A program made the position numbers and the translations under genes. The notes under the pieces were generated by a model that ran no database searches, was not told the origin of the DNA, and saw only the letters and a list, made by a program, of their open reading frames with translations. DNA of 64,000 nucleotides, taken from NCBI GenBank assembly GCA_022843285.1, contig JALHNY010000001.1, positions 15,128 through 79,127 of the forward strand, in the 5' to 3' direction. This document shows, piece after piece, positions 1 to 14,291 of the stretch (position 1 is its first letter; each line of letters starts with the position of its first letter). This DNA comes from Minisyncoccota bacterium. GTDB lineage: Bacteria > Patescibacteriota > Minisyncoccia > UBA6257 > 2-01-FULL-56-20.

Positions 1-17
1 ACGCGACCCGCGCGCTC

Positions 18-5234
<5,217 letters not shown>

Positions 5235-5274
5235 AATTGCATTCAACCAACCTACCCGCTAAGCTACCCCAGCT

Positions 5275-5676
5275 ATGGAATCAGCAACCCGTCCCTACGA
5301 GATTTCCTTCCTCGTCCGCAGCGAGGGGGACGTCCCCGCCGTCGCCGCGCTCCTCGCCGAGCACGGCGCTCAGGTGACCGACGAGGGTCAGGTCCGCAAG
5401 CTCGCGCTCGCGTACCCGGTGAAGAAGGTAACCGAAGGCTACTTCGGCTACCTGGTTGCCACGATGGACGCCGAGTCTGCCAAGAAGCTCGAGAACTCGG
5501 CCCGCACCACACCCCAGGTGCTCCGCCTGCTCGTCCTCACCAGCAAGCCCGCCAAGGCTCCGAAGCCGGCAGCGGTGAAGCGCGCCGCCCGTCGCGAGCA
5601 GCGCGCCGCAGCTCCCGCGGCGGTCTCCAACGAGGATCTCGCCAAGGAGCTCGAGAAGCTCACGGCGGGGACCTAG
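5275..5676 (+). CDS. rpsF: 30S ribosomal protein S6
   Basis: N-terminal YEIxFLV pattern and length typical of S6; followed by ssb as in the conserved rpsF-ssb arrangement. Confidence 0.75.
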   Translation: MESATRPYEISFLVRSEGDVPAVAALLAEHGAQVTDEGQVRKLALAYPVKKVTEGYFGYLVATMDAESAKKLENSARTTPQVLRLLVLTSKPAKAPKPAAVKRAARREQRAAAPAAVSNEDLAKELEKLTAGT

Positions 5677-5742
5677 TCCCTGTTCCCCCTGGGGAGCGGG
5701 TGCTAGGATACGCCCGTACCAACCGGTCCCACTCTCACACCC

Positions 5743-6219
5743 ATGAACCTCAACCGCGTCATCATTGCAGGCCGCCTCACCGCGGATCCCCAGCTCCGCT
5801 CCACCACCTCCGGGCAGTCCGTAGGCACGTTCGGCGTGGCTACCAGCCGCACCTGGACGGACAAGAACAGCCAGAAGCAGGAGCAGACCGAGTTCCACAA
5901 CGTGGTGGTTTGGGGTCGCCAGGCTGAGCTCTGCGCCCAGTTCCTGAAGAAGGGCGGCCTGGTGCTCATCGAGGGGCGCCTCCAGACTCGCGCCTGGGAG
6001 GACCAGCAGGGGGGCAAGCGCAAGACCACGGAAATCATCGCCGAGGCGGTCCAGTTCGGCCCCCGCCAGGACGGCGGCGCGGGCGGCTCGTGGTCCGGCG
6101 GCGCCAAGCCGGCGGCCGCAGCCACCGCCACCGCAGCGGCACCGTTCAGCGACCCCAACGACATCCCGATCATCAACCTGGACGAGGACGAGGCCATGAC
6201 CTCGGAAATCCCGTTCTAA
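5743..6219 (+). CDS. ssb: single-stranded DNA-binding protein
   Basis: OB-fold N-terminus (RVIIAGRLTADP), glycine-rich linker, and the acidic C-terminal tip ending DIPF. Confidence 0.85.
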   Translation: MNLNRVIIAGRLTADPQLRSTTSGQSVGTFGVATSRTWTDKNSQKQEQTEFHNVVVWGRQAELCAQFLKKGGLVLIEGRLQTRAWEDQQGGKRKTTEIIAEAVQFGPRQDGGAGGSWSGGAKPAAAATATAAAPFSDPNDIPIINLDEDEAMTSEIPF

Positions 6220-6259
6220 CGTTGCATTTCTGAGACCCCTCAGTTAGACTCCCTCGGCA

Positions 6260-6685
6260 ATGGCTAAACCCATCATGACCGTCGTGACCATCCAGGCAGA
6301 TGCCGGGAAGGCAAACCCCGCACCGCCCTGGGGTACCGTTTTTGGTCCTAAGGGCATCAACATCGCCGAGCTGTGCAAGCAGTACAACGAGGCGACCAAG
6401 GACAAGATGGGGCAGATCATCCCGGCTGTCGTGACCATCTACGAGGACCGCAGCTTCGACTTCGTCCTCAAGAGCGCCCCCGCCTCTGACATGCTCCGCA
6501 AGGCAGCTGGGGTGGAAAAGGGCTCGGGCGAGCCCCACAAGAAGAAGGTGGGCAAGGTTTCCAAGGAGGCGATCAACAAGATTGCCGAGGACAAGATGGC
6601 CGACCTCAACGCGTACGACGTTGACCAGGCTGCCCGCATCGTTGCCGGCACCGCCCGCTCCATGGGCATCACGGTAGAGGAGTAG
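6260..6685 (+). CDS. rplK: 50S ribosomal protein L11
   Basis: 141 aa with strong similarity to L11 (AGKANPAPP, GTARSMGI), and the C-terminus matches. Confidence 0.9.
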   Translation: MAKPIMTVVTIQADAGKANPAPPWGTVFGPKGINIAELCKQYNEATKDKMGQIIPAVVTIYEDRSFDFVLKSAPASDMLRKAAGVEKGSGEPHKKKVGKVSKEAINKIAEDKMADLNAYDVDQAARIVAGTARSMGITVEE

Positions 6686-6696
6686 CAGCAGCTCCG

Positions 6697-6725
6697 GGAG
6701 AGCCCCCAGTAGGGGGTTTTCTTCT
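6697..6725 (+). terminator. intrinsic terminator after rplK
   Basis: Hairpin CCCCC-agta-GGGGG followed by a T-tract. Confidence 0.6.
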
Positions 6726-6737
6726 GCCCGCCTAGAC

Positions 6738-6765
6738 TTGCCAAATAGCATGGAAGTGGTATAAT
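6738..6765 (+). promoter_or_regulatory. sigma70-like promoter with extended -10
   Basis: -35 TTGCCA, 16-nt spacer, TGgTATAAT. Confidence 0.5.
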
Positions 6766-6819
6766 GTTACCAGTTAAGAAATCGGGGTACGCCCCAGAAA
6801 ATCTAGGAGCATTTAAAAA

Positions 6820-7212
6820 ATGAAAATCGGAATCGTACTGTTCATCGCAATTGTCATTGGCTTCTTCGCCTACTCGTTCTACGTGTCAGCACCGGCAAAC
6901 CTTCAGGCTTCGCTCGAAGGCACGACCGAAACGGCAATCTTCCAGATGCTCGGCATCCCGGAAGACCACCGCGGCGCGTTCAATACGACGGTCGAGGTGA
7001 CGACGACCAAAGACGTTACCGAGGTGAAGGTTTGCTTTCAGCTCAACCAGATGAAGCAGTATCAGGTTCCCGCGAAGTATCGCGCGATTGTTCACAGAAT
7101 CTGCGACCTGGATCGTATCGGCGAGGTCAACCCCTCCGCCACGAAACAGTTCGGATCTGCGAACACCGCCGCGATTAAGATTGCGGATGTCCTGAAACCC
7201 TACTTCAAGTAA
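6820..7212 (+). CDS. hypothetical membrane-anchored protein (N-terminal TM helix), lower GC (~52%)
   Basis: ORF with SD AGGAG and a hydrophobic N-terminus; the GC drop relative to flanks suggests foreign origin. Confidence 0.55.
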   Translation: MKIGIVLFIAIVIGFFAYSFYVSAPANLQASLEGTTETAIFQMLGIPEDHRGAFNTTVEVTTTKDVTEVKVCFQLNQMKQYQVPAKYRAIVHRICDLDRIGEVNPSATKQFGSANTAAIKIADVLKPYFK

Positions 7213-7236
7213 CCGCCCCTCGTACCGAGGGCATGG

Positions 7237-7266
7237 GAACCGGCCAACTGGCCGGTTCTTTTCTAT
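7237..7266 (+). terminator. intrinsic terminator
   Basis: GAACCGGCC-aact-GGCCGGTTC followed by TTTTCT. Confidence 0.7.
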
Positions 7267-7294
7267 TTCCGCTTCTCCCGAAGACTCGGTACCA

Positions 7295-8722
7295 TTGGCG
7301 TACATGTCCCGCACCCCCACCATTGGCCTCGAGGTCCACGTCGGCCTCAAGACGGACCGCAAGATGTTCTGCTCCTGCCCGAACGATCCGGGTGCCGCGC
7401 CGAACGTGAACACCTGTGCCATCTGCCTCGGCCACCCGGGCACGCTGCCGGTCCCGAACCGCAGGGCCATCGAGCACGTCATCCGCGTGGGGCTCGCGCT
7501 CGGCGGCACCATTCCGGCCGAGACGAAGTTCGACCGGAAGAACTACTTCTACCCGGACCTCCCCAAGGGGTACCAGATCTCCCAGTACGACCAGCCGCTC
7601 GTTTCGGGTGGCGAGCTGCAGGGGGTCCGCATCACGCGCGTCCACCTCGAGGAGGACGTGGCGCGCTCGCTGCACGGCGCGGACACGTTCGCAGCCGGCG
7701 AGAGCACGCTGATCGACTTCAACCGCGCGAGCCTGCCGCTCATGGAGCTCGTCACTGAGCCGGACTTTCGGTCCGCAGAGCAGGTGGGGGAGTTCGCCCG
7801 CGAGCTCCAGCTCATTCTCCGCTACCTCGGCGCTTCAGACGCGGACATGGAGAAGGGGCAGATGCGCATCGAGGCGAACGTGAGCCTCGACATGGGCACC
7901 AAGACGGAGCTCAAGAACATCAACTCGTTCCGCGCCGTCCAGGATGCGGTGGCGTACGAGATCGTCCGCCAGGGCGAGGCGCTCGATCGGGGAGAGGTTA
8001 TCTCGCAGGAAACCCGTGGCTGGGACGAGGTGCGCCGCGTCACGGTGTCGCAGCGCAGCAAGGAGAACGCACACGACTACCGCTACTTCCCCGAGCCCGA
8101 CATCCCGGCTTTCACCACAGCCCCGTTTGACCCGGACGGCCTGCGCGCCGGGCTGCCCGAGCTCCCGGCCGCCAAGCGCTCCCGGCTGCAGCACGAGTAC
8201 CACCTCAGCGAAGCCCAGGCGAACCTCATTGCGGGAGACGAGGCGCTGGCAGGGTACTTCGAGTCCGCAGTCTCAGAGCTGCTCGGAGAGGACGCGGGCG
8301 CACCCGTCGCGTCCCTGTACAACTACCTGACCTCGGACCTCAAGGGCCTGGCGGTCGAGATGAAGCGTGAGGTCACCGAGCTCGTGCAGCCCGCGCACCT
8401 CGCCCACATCGTGGCGCTCGCGTCCACGGGCGAGCTCACCAGCCGCCAGGCCAAGGACCTCCTCCGCCGCGTCGCGGAGACGGGAGACGACCCCGACGAG
8501 GTCATGGCCGCCGAGGGCTTCGGCAGCGTGGACGACGGCGCGCTCGAGCTCACCGTGAAGAGCGTCATCGACGCGAACCCCCAGGCCGTCTCGGACTACC
8601 AGAAGGGGAAGACCAACAGCGCGCAGTTCCTGTTCGGCGTGGCCATGCGCGAGCTCCGCGGCCAGGCGGACCCGGCAAAGCTGCGCGCCGCGATTGAGGC
8701 CGAGCTAGTGGGGCGAGGCTAG
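7295..8722 (+). CDS. gatB: Asp-tRNA(Asn)/Glu-tRNA(Gln) amidotransferase subunit B
   Basis: N-terminal IGLEVHVGL..KMFCSCPN..NVNTCAICLGHPGTLP matches GatB. Confidence 0.9.
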   Translation: MAYMSRTPTIGLEVHVGLKTDRKMFCSCPNDPGAAPNVNTCAICLGHPGTLPVPNRRAIEHVIRVGLALGGTIPAETKFDRKNYFYPDLPKGYQISQYDQPLVSGGELQGVRITRVHLEEDVARSLHGADTFAAGESTLIDFNRASLPLMELVTEPDFRSAEQVGEFARELQLILRYLGASDADMEKGQMRIEANVSLDMGTKTELKNINSFRAVQDAVAYEIVRQGEALDRGEVISQETRGWDEVRRVTVSQRSKENAHDYRYFPEPDIPAFTTAPFDPDGLRAGLPELPAAKRSRLQHEYHLSEAQANLIAGDEALAGYFESAVSELLGEDAGAPVASLYNYLTSDLKGLAVEMKREVTELVQPAHLAHIVALASTGELTSRQAKDLLRRVAETGDDPDEVMAAEGFGSVDDGALELTVKSVIDANPQAVSDYQKGKTNSAQFLFGVAMRELRGQADPAKLRAAIEAELVGRG

Positions 8723-9603
8723 GAACTGCTTGGACAGCTTGATTGCCTCGTCCAGGCTCTTGATCCAGGTTATGTCCGGGTGCCTGCGCCACCAGGTGCG
8801 CTGCCGGCGCGCGTACTGGCAGATGGCGTCCGTGAGCTGCTTCACGTACTCGTCGCGACCCAGCCTGCCCTGCAGGTGGCGCGCCGTGTAGCGGTACTCG
8901 AGGCCGAGGTCCTCCATGCGCTCCCAGGACATGCCGCGGTCGTGGAGGAGCGTCACCTCGCGCACGAGGCCCTGCTGGATGCGCTCCTCGAGGCGCTTCC
9001 TGATCGTGGTGCGGAGCTCCTTGGGATCTGACTCCACGCCGAGCCAGAGCACGTCGAAGGGCTCCTTGGGCGCGGGTGCCAGCGTGGGCACCGGCTTGCC
9101 CGTGACGCGCACGATCTCGATCGCGCGAATGAGGCGCCGGCGGTTCTTCGGGTCTATGGTCTTCGCGCGCTCGGGGTCAATCTGCTGGAGCACGGCGAAG
9201 AGCTCCTCAGCTGACTTGGGCTCCAGCTCTGCGCGCAGCTCTGCCTGCGGGGGGACCGCCGGAATAGGGGAGCGGCGCAGGAGCGCGTCCACGTACTGCC
9301 CCGTGCCGCCGCACACAATCGGGACGTGGCTGCGCACGATCGTGTCACGGATTGCGTCCTCCGCCATGGGCACGTACTGCGCCACGCTGAACTGCTCCAG
9401 CGGCGACGCGATGTCGAGCATGTGGTGGGGGATGCCGAGCATCTCGCGCTTGGAGATCTTGCCGGTTCCGAGGTTGAGCCCGCGGTACACCTGGCGCGAG
9501 TCCGCCGAGATGACCTCCCCGCGAATAGCCTGCGCCAGCTCGACGGCCATCTTCGACTTGCCGCTCGCGGTTGGCCCGATGATGGCGATGACGGGGAGGA
9601 GCA
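8705..9603 (-). CDS. miaA: tRNA dimethylallyltransferase
   Basis: True start MLLPVIAIIGPTASGKSK carries the P-loop. The longer ORF N-terminus is Arg-rich antisense junk. The start abuts the thrS stop. Confidence 0.85.
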
Positions 9604-11346
9604 TTAGCTTCGCGTGGTGACGAGCGTGGCGAGCTTCGCGATGAGCTCGGCGGTGGGCAGGGTCTCCTGCTCGCCGGTGCGGTTGTTGCGGACGCTGACG
9701 GTGCCGTCCGCCTCTTCCTTCTCTCCCACCACAATGGTGTACGGCACCTTGTCCACCTCGGCCGCGCGGATGCGCTTGCCGAGCGTCTCGTCCGCGTCGG
9801 GGACCTCGACGCGGAGACCCACGCTGCGCCCGACGTCCGCGACCTTCTGCGCGTACTCCGCGAACTTTGCCGAGACGGGGAGGACGCGCAGCTGCACCGG
9901 CGAGAGCCACAGCGGGAACGCGCCCGAGACGTGCTCGATGAGCACGGTGGCGAAGCGCTCGATGGACCCCATGATGGCCGCGTGGATCATCACGATGCGC
10001 TCCGGCTCGCCGCTCTCGCCCACGCAGGTGAGGTCGAAGCGCTCCGGCTGGTTGAAGTCGAACTGGATGGTGGCCACCTGGTGCTCCCGCCCGATGGCGT
10101 CCTTGGCCATGAAGTCGAGCTTGGGCCCGTAGAAGGCGGCCTCTCCGGCGCCCGCCAGGGTGATGGCGCCGCGCTCACGCGCGAGCTCCGCGAGGGTGTT
10201 CTCCGCGGCCTCCCACTGGCTGGGCTCGCCCAGGTACCTCTCGGGGGTCGCGGGGTCGTGGGTGGAGAGGCGCACGCGCAGCTCGAAGCCGAAGGTGCCG
10301 TAGAACTCTTCGATGATGTCCCAGATCTTGTTTGCCTCCTCCTTGCTCTGGCTCATGCGGCAGAACACGTGCGCGTCGTCCTGGGTGATGGAGCGGACGC
10401 GGCTGAGGCCGCCCAGCTCTCCGGTCTGCTCGTCGCGGTACACCATGGTGGTGTTCGCGTACCGCTGCGGGAGCTCGCGGTAGCTCCACATCTTGCGCGC
10501 GTAGATCTGGGCGTGGTGCGGGCAGTTCATCGGCTTCATGGCGAACTCGTGCCCCTCGCGGGTCTTGATGCGGAACAGCTCGTCGCTGAACTTGGTCCAG
10601 TGGCCGCTTTTCTCGTACAGGTCCTTCTTGGTGATGTGCGGAATCTCCACGCGCTCGTACCCGCGCCTGGCGCGGAGCTCCCAGACGAACTGGTCCAGGA
10701 GGGTGCGCAGCCAGGTGCCCTTCGGGGTCCACAGGGGCAGGCCGGGTCCCACGAGCTCGGAGAACACGAAGAGGTCCAGCTGCTTGCCGAGGACGCGGTG
10801 GTCCCGCTTGGCGGCTTCCTCGAGCACCTGCAGGTGCGCCTCGAGCTCAGCTCTGGATGCGAAGGCGTACCCGTACACGCGGGTGAGCATCGGCCTGGAC
10901 TCGTCTCCACGCCAGTACGCGCCGGCGACGCGCGAGAGCTTGAAGGAGTCTGCGGGGATGCTGCCCATGTCCTCCACGTGTCCGCCGCGGCAGAGGTCCG
11001 TGAAGCTGCCCGAGGTGTACAGGGTCACCGGTTCGCCCTTCGCCTCGATCTCGGCGATGAGCTCGAGCTTGTACTCGTTCCCGGCGAAGCGCTCGCTCGC
11101 GTCAGCGGCTGAGATCTCCTCGCGGGTGAACCCCGCCCAGGAGGGGAGCAGCTCGCGCATCTTGGCCTCGATCTTCTCGAGGTCCGCGTCGCTGACCTTC
11201 ACCGGCACGTCGGCGTCGTAGTAGAAGCCGCCTTCGATGGCGGGGCCAATGGTCAGCTTGGTGCCGGGGTACAGCTCGAGGAGAGCGGCGCCGAGCAGGT
11301 GGGCCAGCGAGTGGCGCGCGTGCTCCAGGTTGTGGGGTTCGGGCAT
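9604..11346 (-). CDS. thrS: threonyl-tRNA synthetase (lacks N-terminal TGS domain)
   Basis: Editing domain (HSLAHLLG..IGPAIEGGFYYD), class II catalytic core and anticodon-binding domain are present, in 580 aa. Confidence 0.9.
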   Translation of the reverse strand: MPEPHNLEHARHSLAHLLGAALLELYPGTKLTIGPAIEGGFYYDADVPVKVSDADLEKIEAKMRELLPSWAGFTREEISAADASERFAGNEYKLELIAEIEAKGEPVTLYTSGSFTDLCRGGHVEDMGSIPADSFKLSRVAGAYWRGDESRPMLTRVYGYAFASRAELEAHLQVLEEAAKRDHRVLGKQLDLFVFSELVGPGLPLWTPKGTWLRTLLDQFVWELRARRGYERVEIPHITKKDLYEKSGHWTKFSDELFRIKTREGHEFAMKPMNCPHHAQIYARKMWSYRELPQRYANTTMVYRDEQTGELGGLSRVRSITQDDAHVFCRMSQSKEEANKIWDIIEEFYGTFGFELRVRLSTHDPATPERYLGEPSQWEAAENTLAELARERGAITLAGAGEAAFYGPKLDFMAKDAIGREHQVATIQFDFNQPERFDLTCVGESGEPERIVMIHAAIMGSIERFATVLIEHVSGAFPLWLSPVQLRVLPVSAKFAEYAQKVADVGRSVGLRVEVPDADETLGKRIRAAEVDKVPYTIVVGEKEEADGTVSVRNNRTGEQETLPTAELIAKLATLVTTRS

Positions 11347-11386
11347 GGGGGTAGTGGTAAAAGTATGGTGGCTACAGGGGCGTAAG

Positions 11387-11418
11387 AAAACCCCTCGGGT
11401 TTCCCGAGGGGTTTTCCG
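11387..11418. other. perfect GC hairpin flanked by A- and T-tracts in the divergent thrS/serS promoter region
   Basis: AAAACCCCTCGGG-tttc-CCGAGGGGTTTT. Confidence 0.5.
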
Positions 11419-11566
11419 TGTGCGATGGCGCTACGCGGAAAGCCGCCCCGGGAGGGCGCTGGTCGTCGTAGTCGTGGTGCGGTTTTCCATCGGTAGGGGA
11501 ATGGTAGCTTGCTCCCCGGTCCATTCCAAGCTTCAGAATGCCCCGGAAAGTCGCTATGATGCCCCC

Positions 11567-12850
11567 ATGCTCGACGCAGCACTGATTCGCACCTCCCCGG
11601 ACCTCGTCCGGGAGAAGGTCGCCACCAAGAACGTCGATCCGGCGCTCGTGGACCGCTTCCTGGAGCTGGACGGCGCGTGGCGCGCCGCGACCGCCGAGGT
11701 GGAGGGGCTGCGCTCCAAGCAGAAGGAGCTCTCCGCCGCCCGCGACATCGAAGGTGGCAAGAAGGTGCGCGACGAGGTGCAGAAGGTAGAGGAGCGGTTG
11801 CGCGAGCTCGAGGCAGAGCGCGAGGTGGTCTGGCGCCAGATTCCCAACCTGCCGTCCGATGACACCCCGGTCGGCAGAGGCGAGGAGGACAACCAGGTGG
11901 TTCGCACCTGGGGCGAGGTGCCGGTCTTCGCTTTCGAGGTGAAGGACCACATTGAGCTGGGTGAGGCGCTCGGCATGATCAACGTCGAGAAGGCGGCTGA
12001 AGTTTCCGGCGCGCGCTTCGCGTACCTGATGGGTGACGCCGTGCGCCTCGAGTTTGCGCTCGTGCAGTTCGTCCTCTCTGAGCTCGCCAACCCCGACGTC
12101 CTCCGCGGGATCGCGGACTCCGTAGCCCCGGGCTACTCGGCGAAGCCCTTCGTTCCGGTCGTGCCGCCGATCATGATTCGCCCGCAGGTGTTCGACGAGA
12201 TGGCGCGCCTCGAGCCGCGCGACGAGCGGTACTACATCCCGAGCGACGACCTGTACCTCGTCGGCAGCGCGGAGCACACGCTCGGTCCCCTGCACCGCGG
12301 CGAGACGATTCCCGAGGCAGAACTGCCGGTTCGCTACCTGGGTTTCTCGACGTCCTTCCGCCGCGAGGCTGGCAGCTACGGCAAGGACACGCGCGGCATC
12401 CTGCGCGTGCACCAGTTCGACAAGCTCGAGCTGGAGAGCTTCACCGCTCCCGAGGACGGCATCCGCGAGCAGGACTTCATGGTCGCCATCCAGGAGCACC
12501 TCATGAGGAAGCTGCGGCTCCCGCACCGCATCGTCATGTGCTGCACCGGAGACCAGGGAGACCCGGACGCGCGCCACCTCGACGTCGAGGCGTGGGTTCC
12601 CTCCCAGGGCACGTACCGCGAGACGCACTCGGCGGACTACATGGCGGACTTCCAGACGCGCCGCCTCAAGACGAAGGTGAAGCGCGCGGACGGCACGACG
12701 GTGCTCGCGCACACGAACGACGCCACGGCGTTCGCGATTGGCAGGACGCTGATTGCCATCATGGAGAACAACCAGCAGGAGGATGGATCGATCGTGGTGC
12801 CCGAGGCTCTGCAGGCGTGGGTGGGCAAGCAGGTCATCACCCGCAGCTAG
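11567..12850 (+). CDS. serS: seryl-tRNA synthetase
   Basis: True start is MLDAALIRTSPDLVREK. N-terminal coiled-coil arm plus class II motifs. The ORF-track N-terminal extension was rejected. Confidence 0.9.
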   Translation: MLDAALIRTSPDLVREKVATKNVDPALVDRFLELDGAWRAATAEVEGLRSKQKELSAARDIEGGKKVRDEVQKVEERLRELEAEREVVWRQIPNLPSDDTPVGRGEEDNQVVRTWGEVPVFAFEVKDHIELGEALGMINVEKAAEVSGARFAYLMGDAVRLEFALVQFVLSELANPDVLRGIADSVAPGYSAKPFVPVVPPIMIRPQVFDEMARLEPRDERYYIPSDDLYLVGSAEHTLGPLHRGETIPEAELPVRYLGFSTSFRREAGSYGKDTRGILRVHQFDKLELESFTAPEDGIREQDFMVAIQEHLMRKLRLPHRIVMCCTGDQGDPDARHLDVEAWVPSQGTYRETHSADYMADFQTRRLKTKVKRADGTTVLAHTNDATAFAIGRTLIAIMENNQQEDGSIVVPEALQAWVGKQVITRS

Positions 12851-12856
12851 CGCGAC

Positions 12857-13663
12857 GTGGCCCGGTACGACACCTCCTGGCAGAACAGCGCGAAGAAGAA
12901 GCGGGTGGCGCGCGTCCGCTGGGCGCGCGTGCTCGCCGCGCCCGCCGCGGCGCTCGGGCTGCTGCTGGTCGGGTGGGCGCTGATCCACTCGCCGCTCCTG
13001 CGCGTCCGTGAGGTCGTGGTGGCAAACGCCGCCCGCGTCGAGAAAGAGGCAGTCTCGGACGCCGCGAAAGCCGCCCGCACCGGTTTCATTCGCCGCGCCA
13101 TTTCCCCGGCGAACCTCCTGGGGTGGCCGGGTGCGCTCCCGCCCGAAGCCGTGGCGCTCGTGCCGGGCGCCGAGGCAATCGAGGTGGATCGGAGCTTCTT
13201 CACGGGCACCGTGACGCTGGTCGTGCGGGAGCGCGAGCCGGTGGGCATCTGGTGCTTCGAGGGAGACCCGTCCGCTCCCGTCTGCCAGTGGTTCGACGAG
13301 CGCGGCGTCGTGTACAGCCGCACCACGCCGGGCGAGGGGAGCCTCATTGCCGTGGCGCACGACCTCGACCAGGCGCGCGCGGGGTCAGGTCGCCGCGTGC
13401 TGCAGGACGAGCAGCTCGCGCACTTCCTCGCAATCCTCGCGATTCTCAGGGAGCGCGGCATCTCGCCGCGCGTGATGGAGGTGCGCTCCGGCAGCCGGGC
13501 GGAGCTCTCCATGACGACGTACGGCGGTCCGCGCCTCATATTCACGCTGCGCACGCCGCCGGACCAGGTAGAGCCGGTTCTCGATGACTTCATCAAGCGC
13601 GGCGCGCTGGGCGGCCTGACGTACATCGATTTCAGGTCTGCGAAGCGCGCGTTCTACCAGTAG
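12857..13663 (+). CDS. FtsQ/DivIB-like cell-division protein (TM anchor + POTRA-like region)
   Basis: GTG start, an N-terminal basic stretch and a TM helix, 268 aa. The assignment is tentative. Confidence 0.5.
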   Translation: MARYDTSWQNSAKKKRVARVRWARVLAAPAAALGLLLVGWALIHSPLLRVREVVVANAARVEKEAVSDAAKAARTGFIRRAISPANLLGWPGALPPEAVALVPGAEAIEVDRSFFTGTVTLVVREREPVGIWCFEGDPSAPVCQWFDERGVVYSRTTPGEGSLIAVAHDLDQARAGSGRRVLQDEQLAHFLAILAILRERGISPRVMEVRSGSRAELSMTTYGGPRLIFTLRTPPDQVEPVLDDFIKRGALGGLTYIDFRSAKRAFYQ

Positions 13664-13666
13664 CAA

Positions 13667-13702
13667 AAAGCCCGCCGGTACAGCCGGCGGGCTTCTCTGT
13701 GT
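13667..13702. terminator. bidirectional intrinsic terminator
   Basis: GCCCGCCGG-tacag-CCGGCGGGC with an A-tract on one side and a T-rich run on the other. Confidence 0.6.
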
Positions 13703-13719
13703 TCACCTGACGCTACGGG

Positions 13720-13826
13720 CTAGTAGCTGACCCCGCGCTTCTTCTGCTTTCTACCCTTCTTCTTGTTGAAGGACTTCCGCTCACGCTTGTTGCTCGAACC
13801 CATGCCGATGAAATACTGACCGTTCA
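13720..13826 (-). CDS. hypothetical 35-aa highly basic peptide (MNGQYFIGMGSSNKRERKSFNKKKGRKQKKRGVSY)
   Basis: Good SD (AGGAGC) 7 nt upstream of ATG, immediately downstream of rnpB. Ribosomal-protein-like composition but no family was recognised. Confidence 0.25.
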
Positions 13827-13954
13827 TTTTTAAGTAGCTCCTGAATTTGAAATTTGTCGCCGGGGCGACAGCCCGCCGAAGATACGGCACCCGCGATTTT
13901 CGCGCAAGACCCCGGCACGCAGAGAGGGCCACCGATTGTTCGGTGGCCCTCTCT

Positions 13955-14277
13955 GGGCGGCGTCCTGGTAAGCGGGATTCTGTCGCCAGTGGCGGACAGC
14001 AATCTATCTGGGATCGCGGTCACCCGCGACCTCTAGCGGCACTCCAGCACGAGGCTGGCTCGGCCTTGCACCCGGTAAGGGTTTAGCCGTTTCACCCCGG
14101 CGGTCTCCCGCCGGACTACCCCCGAGGGGGTCCGGTCCATTTCTGGACGCGGCGTCTCTGCTCGCACCTCTCGCGTTGCCGCGGCGGGCCGTTAGCCCGT
14201 ACCTTTTTGACTTAGAAACTAAGTGGGTGTCCCGACTTTCCTCTGGGCAAGCCCAGCTGCTGTCTCGGACGCCGCAG
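13955..14277 (-). ncRNA. rnpB: RNase P RNA (bacterial type, reduced ~320 nt)
   Basis: On the minus strand: P4 5' strand AGAGGAAAGTCGGGAC, GGGGTGAAACGG, and the 3' P4 strand CGACAGAATCCCGCTTAC. P1 pairs GCGGCGTCC with GGACGCCGC. Confidence 0.8.
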
Positions 14278-14291
14278 GGGCAGTGTGCCAG

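Noticed and set aside
11372-13360. 662-aa minus-strand ORF
   Set aside because: It is antisense to serS and the FtsQ-like gene, and is a high-GC artefact.
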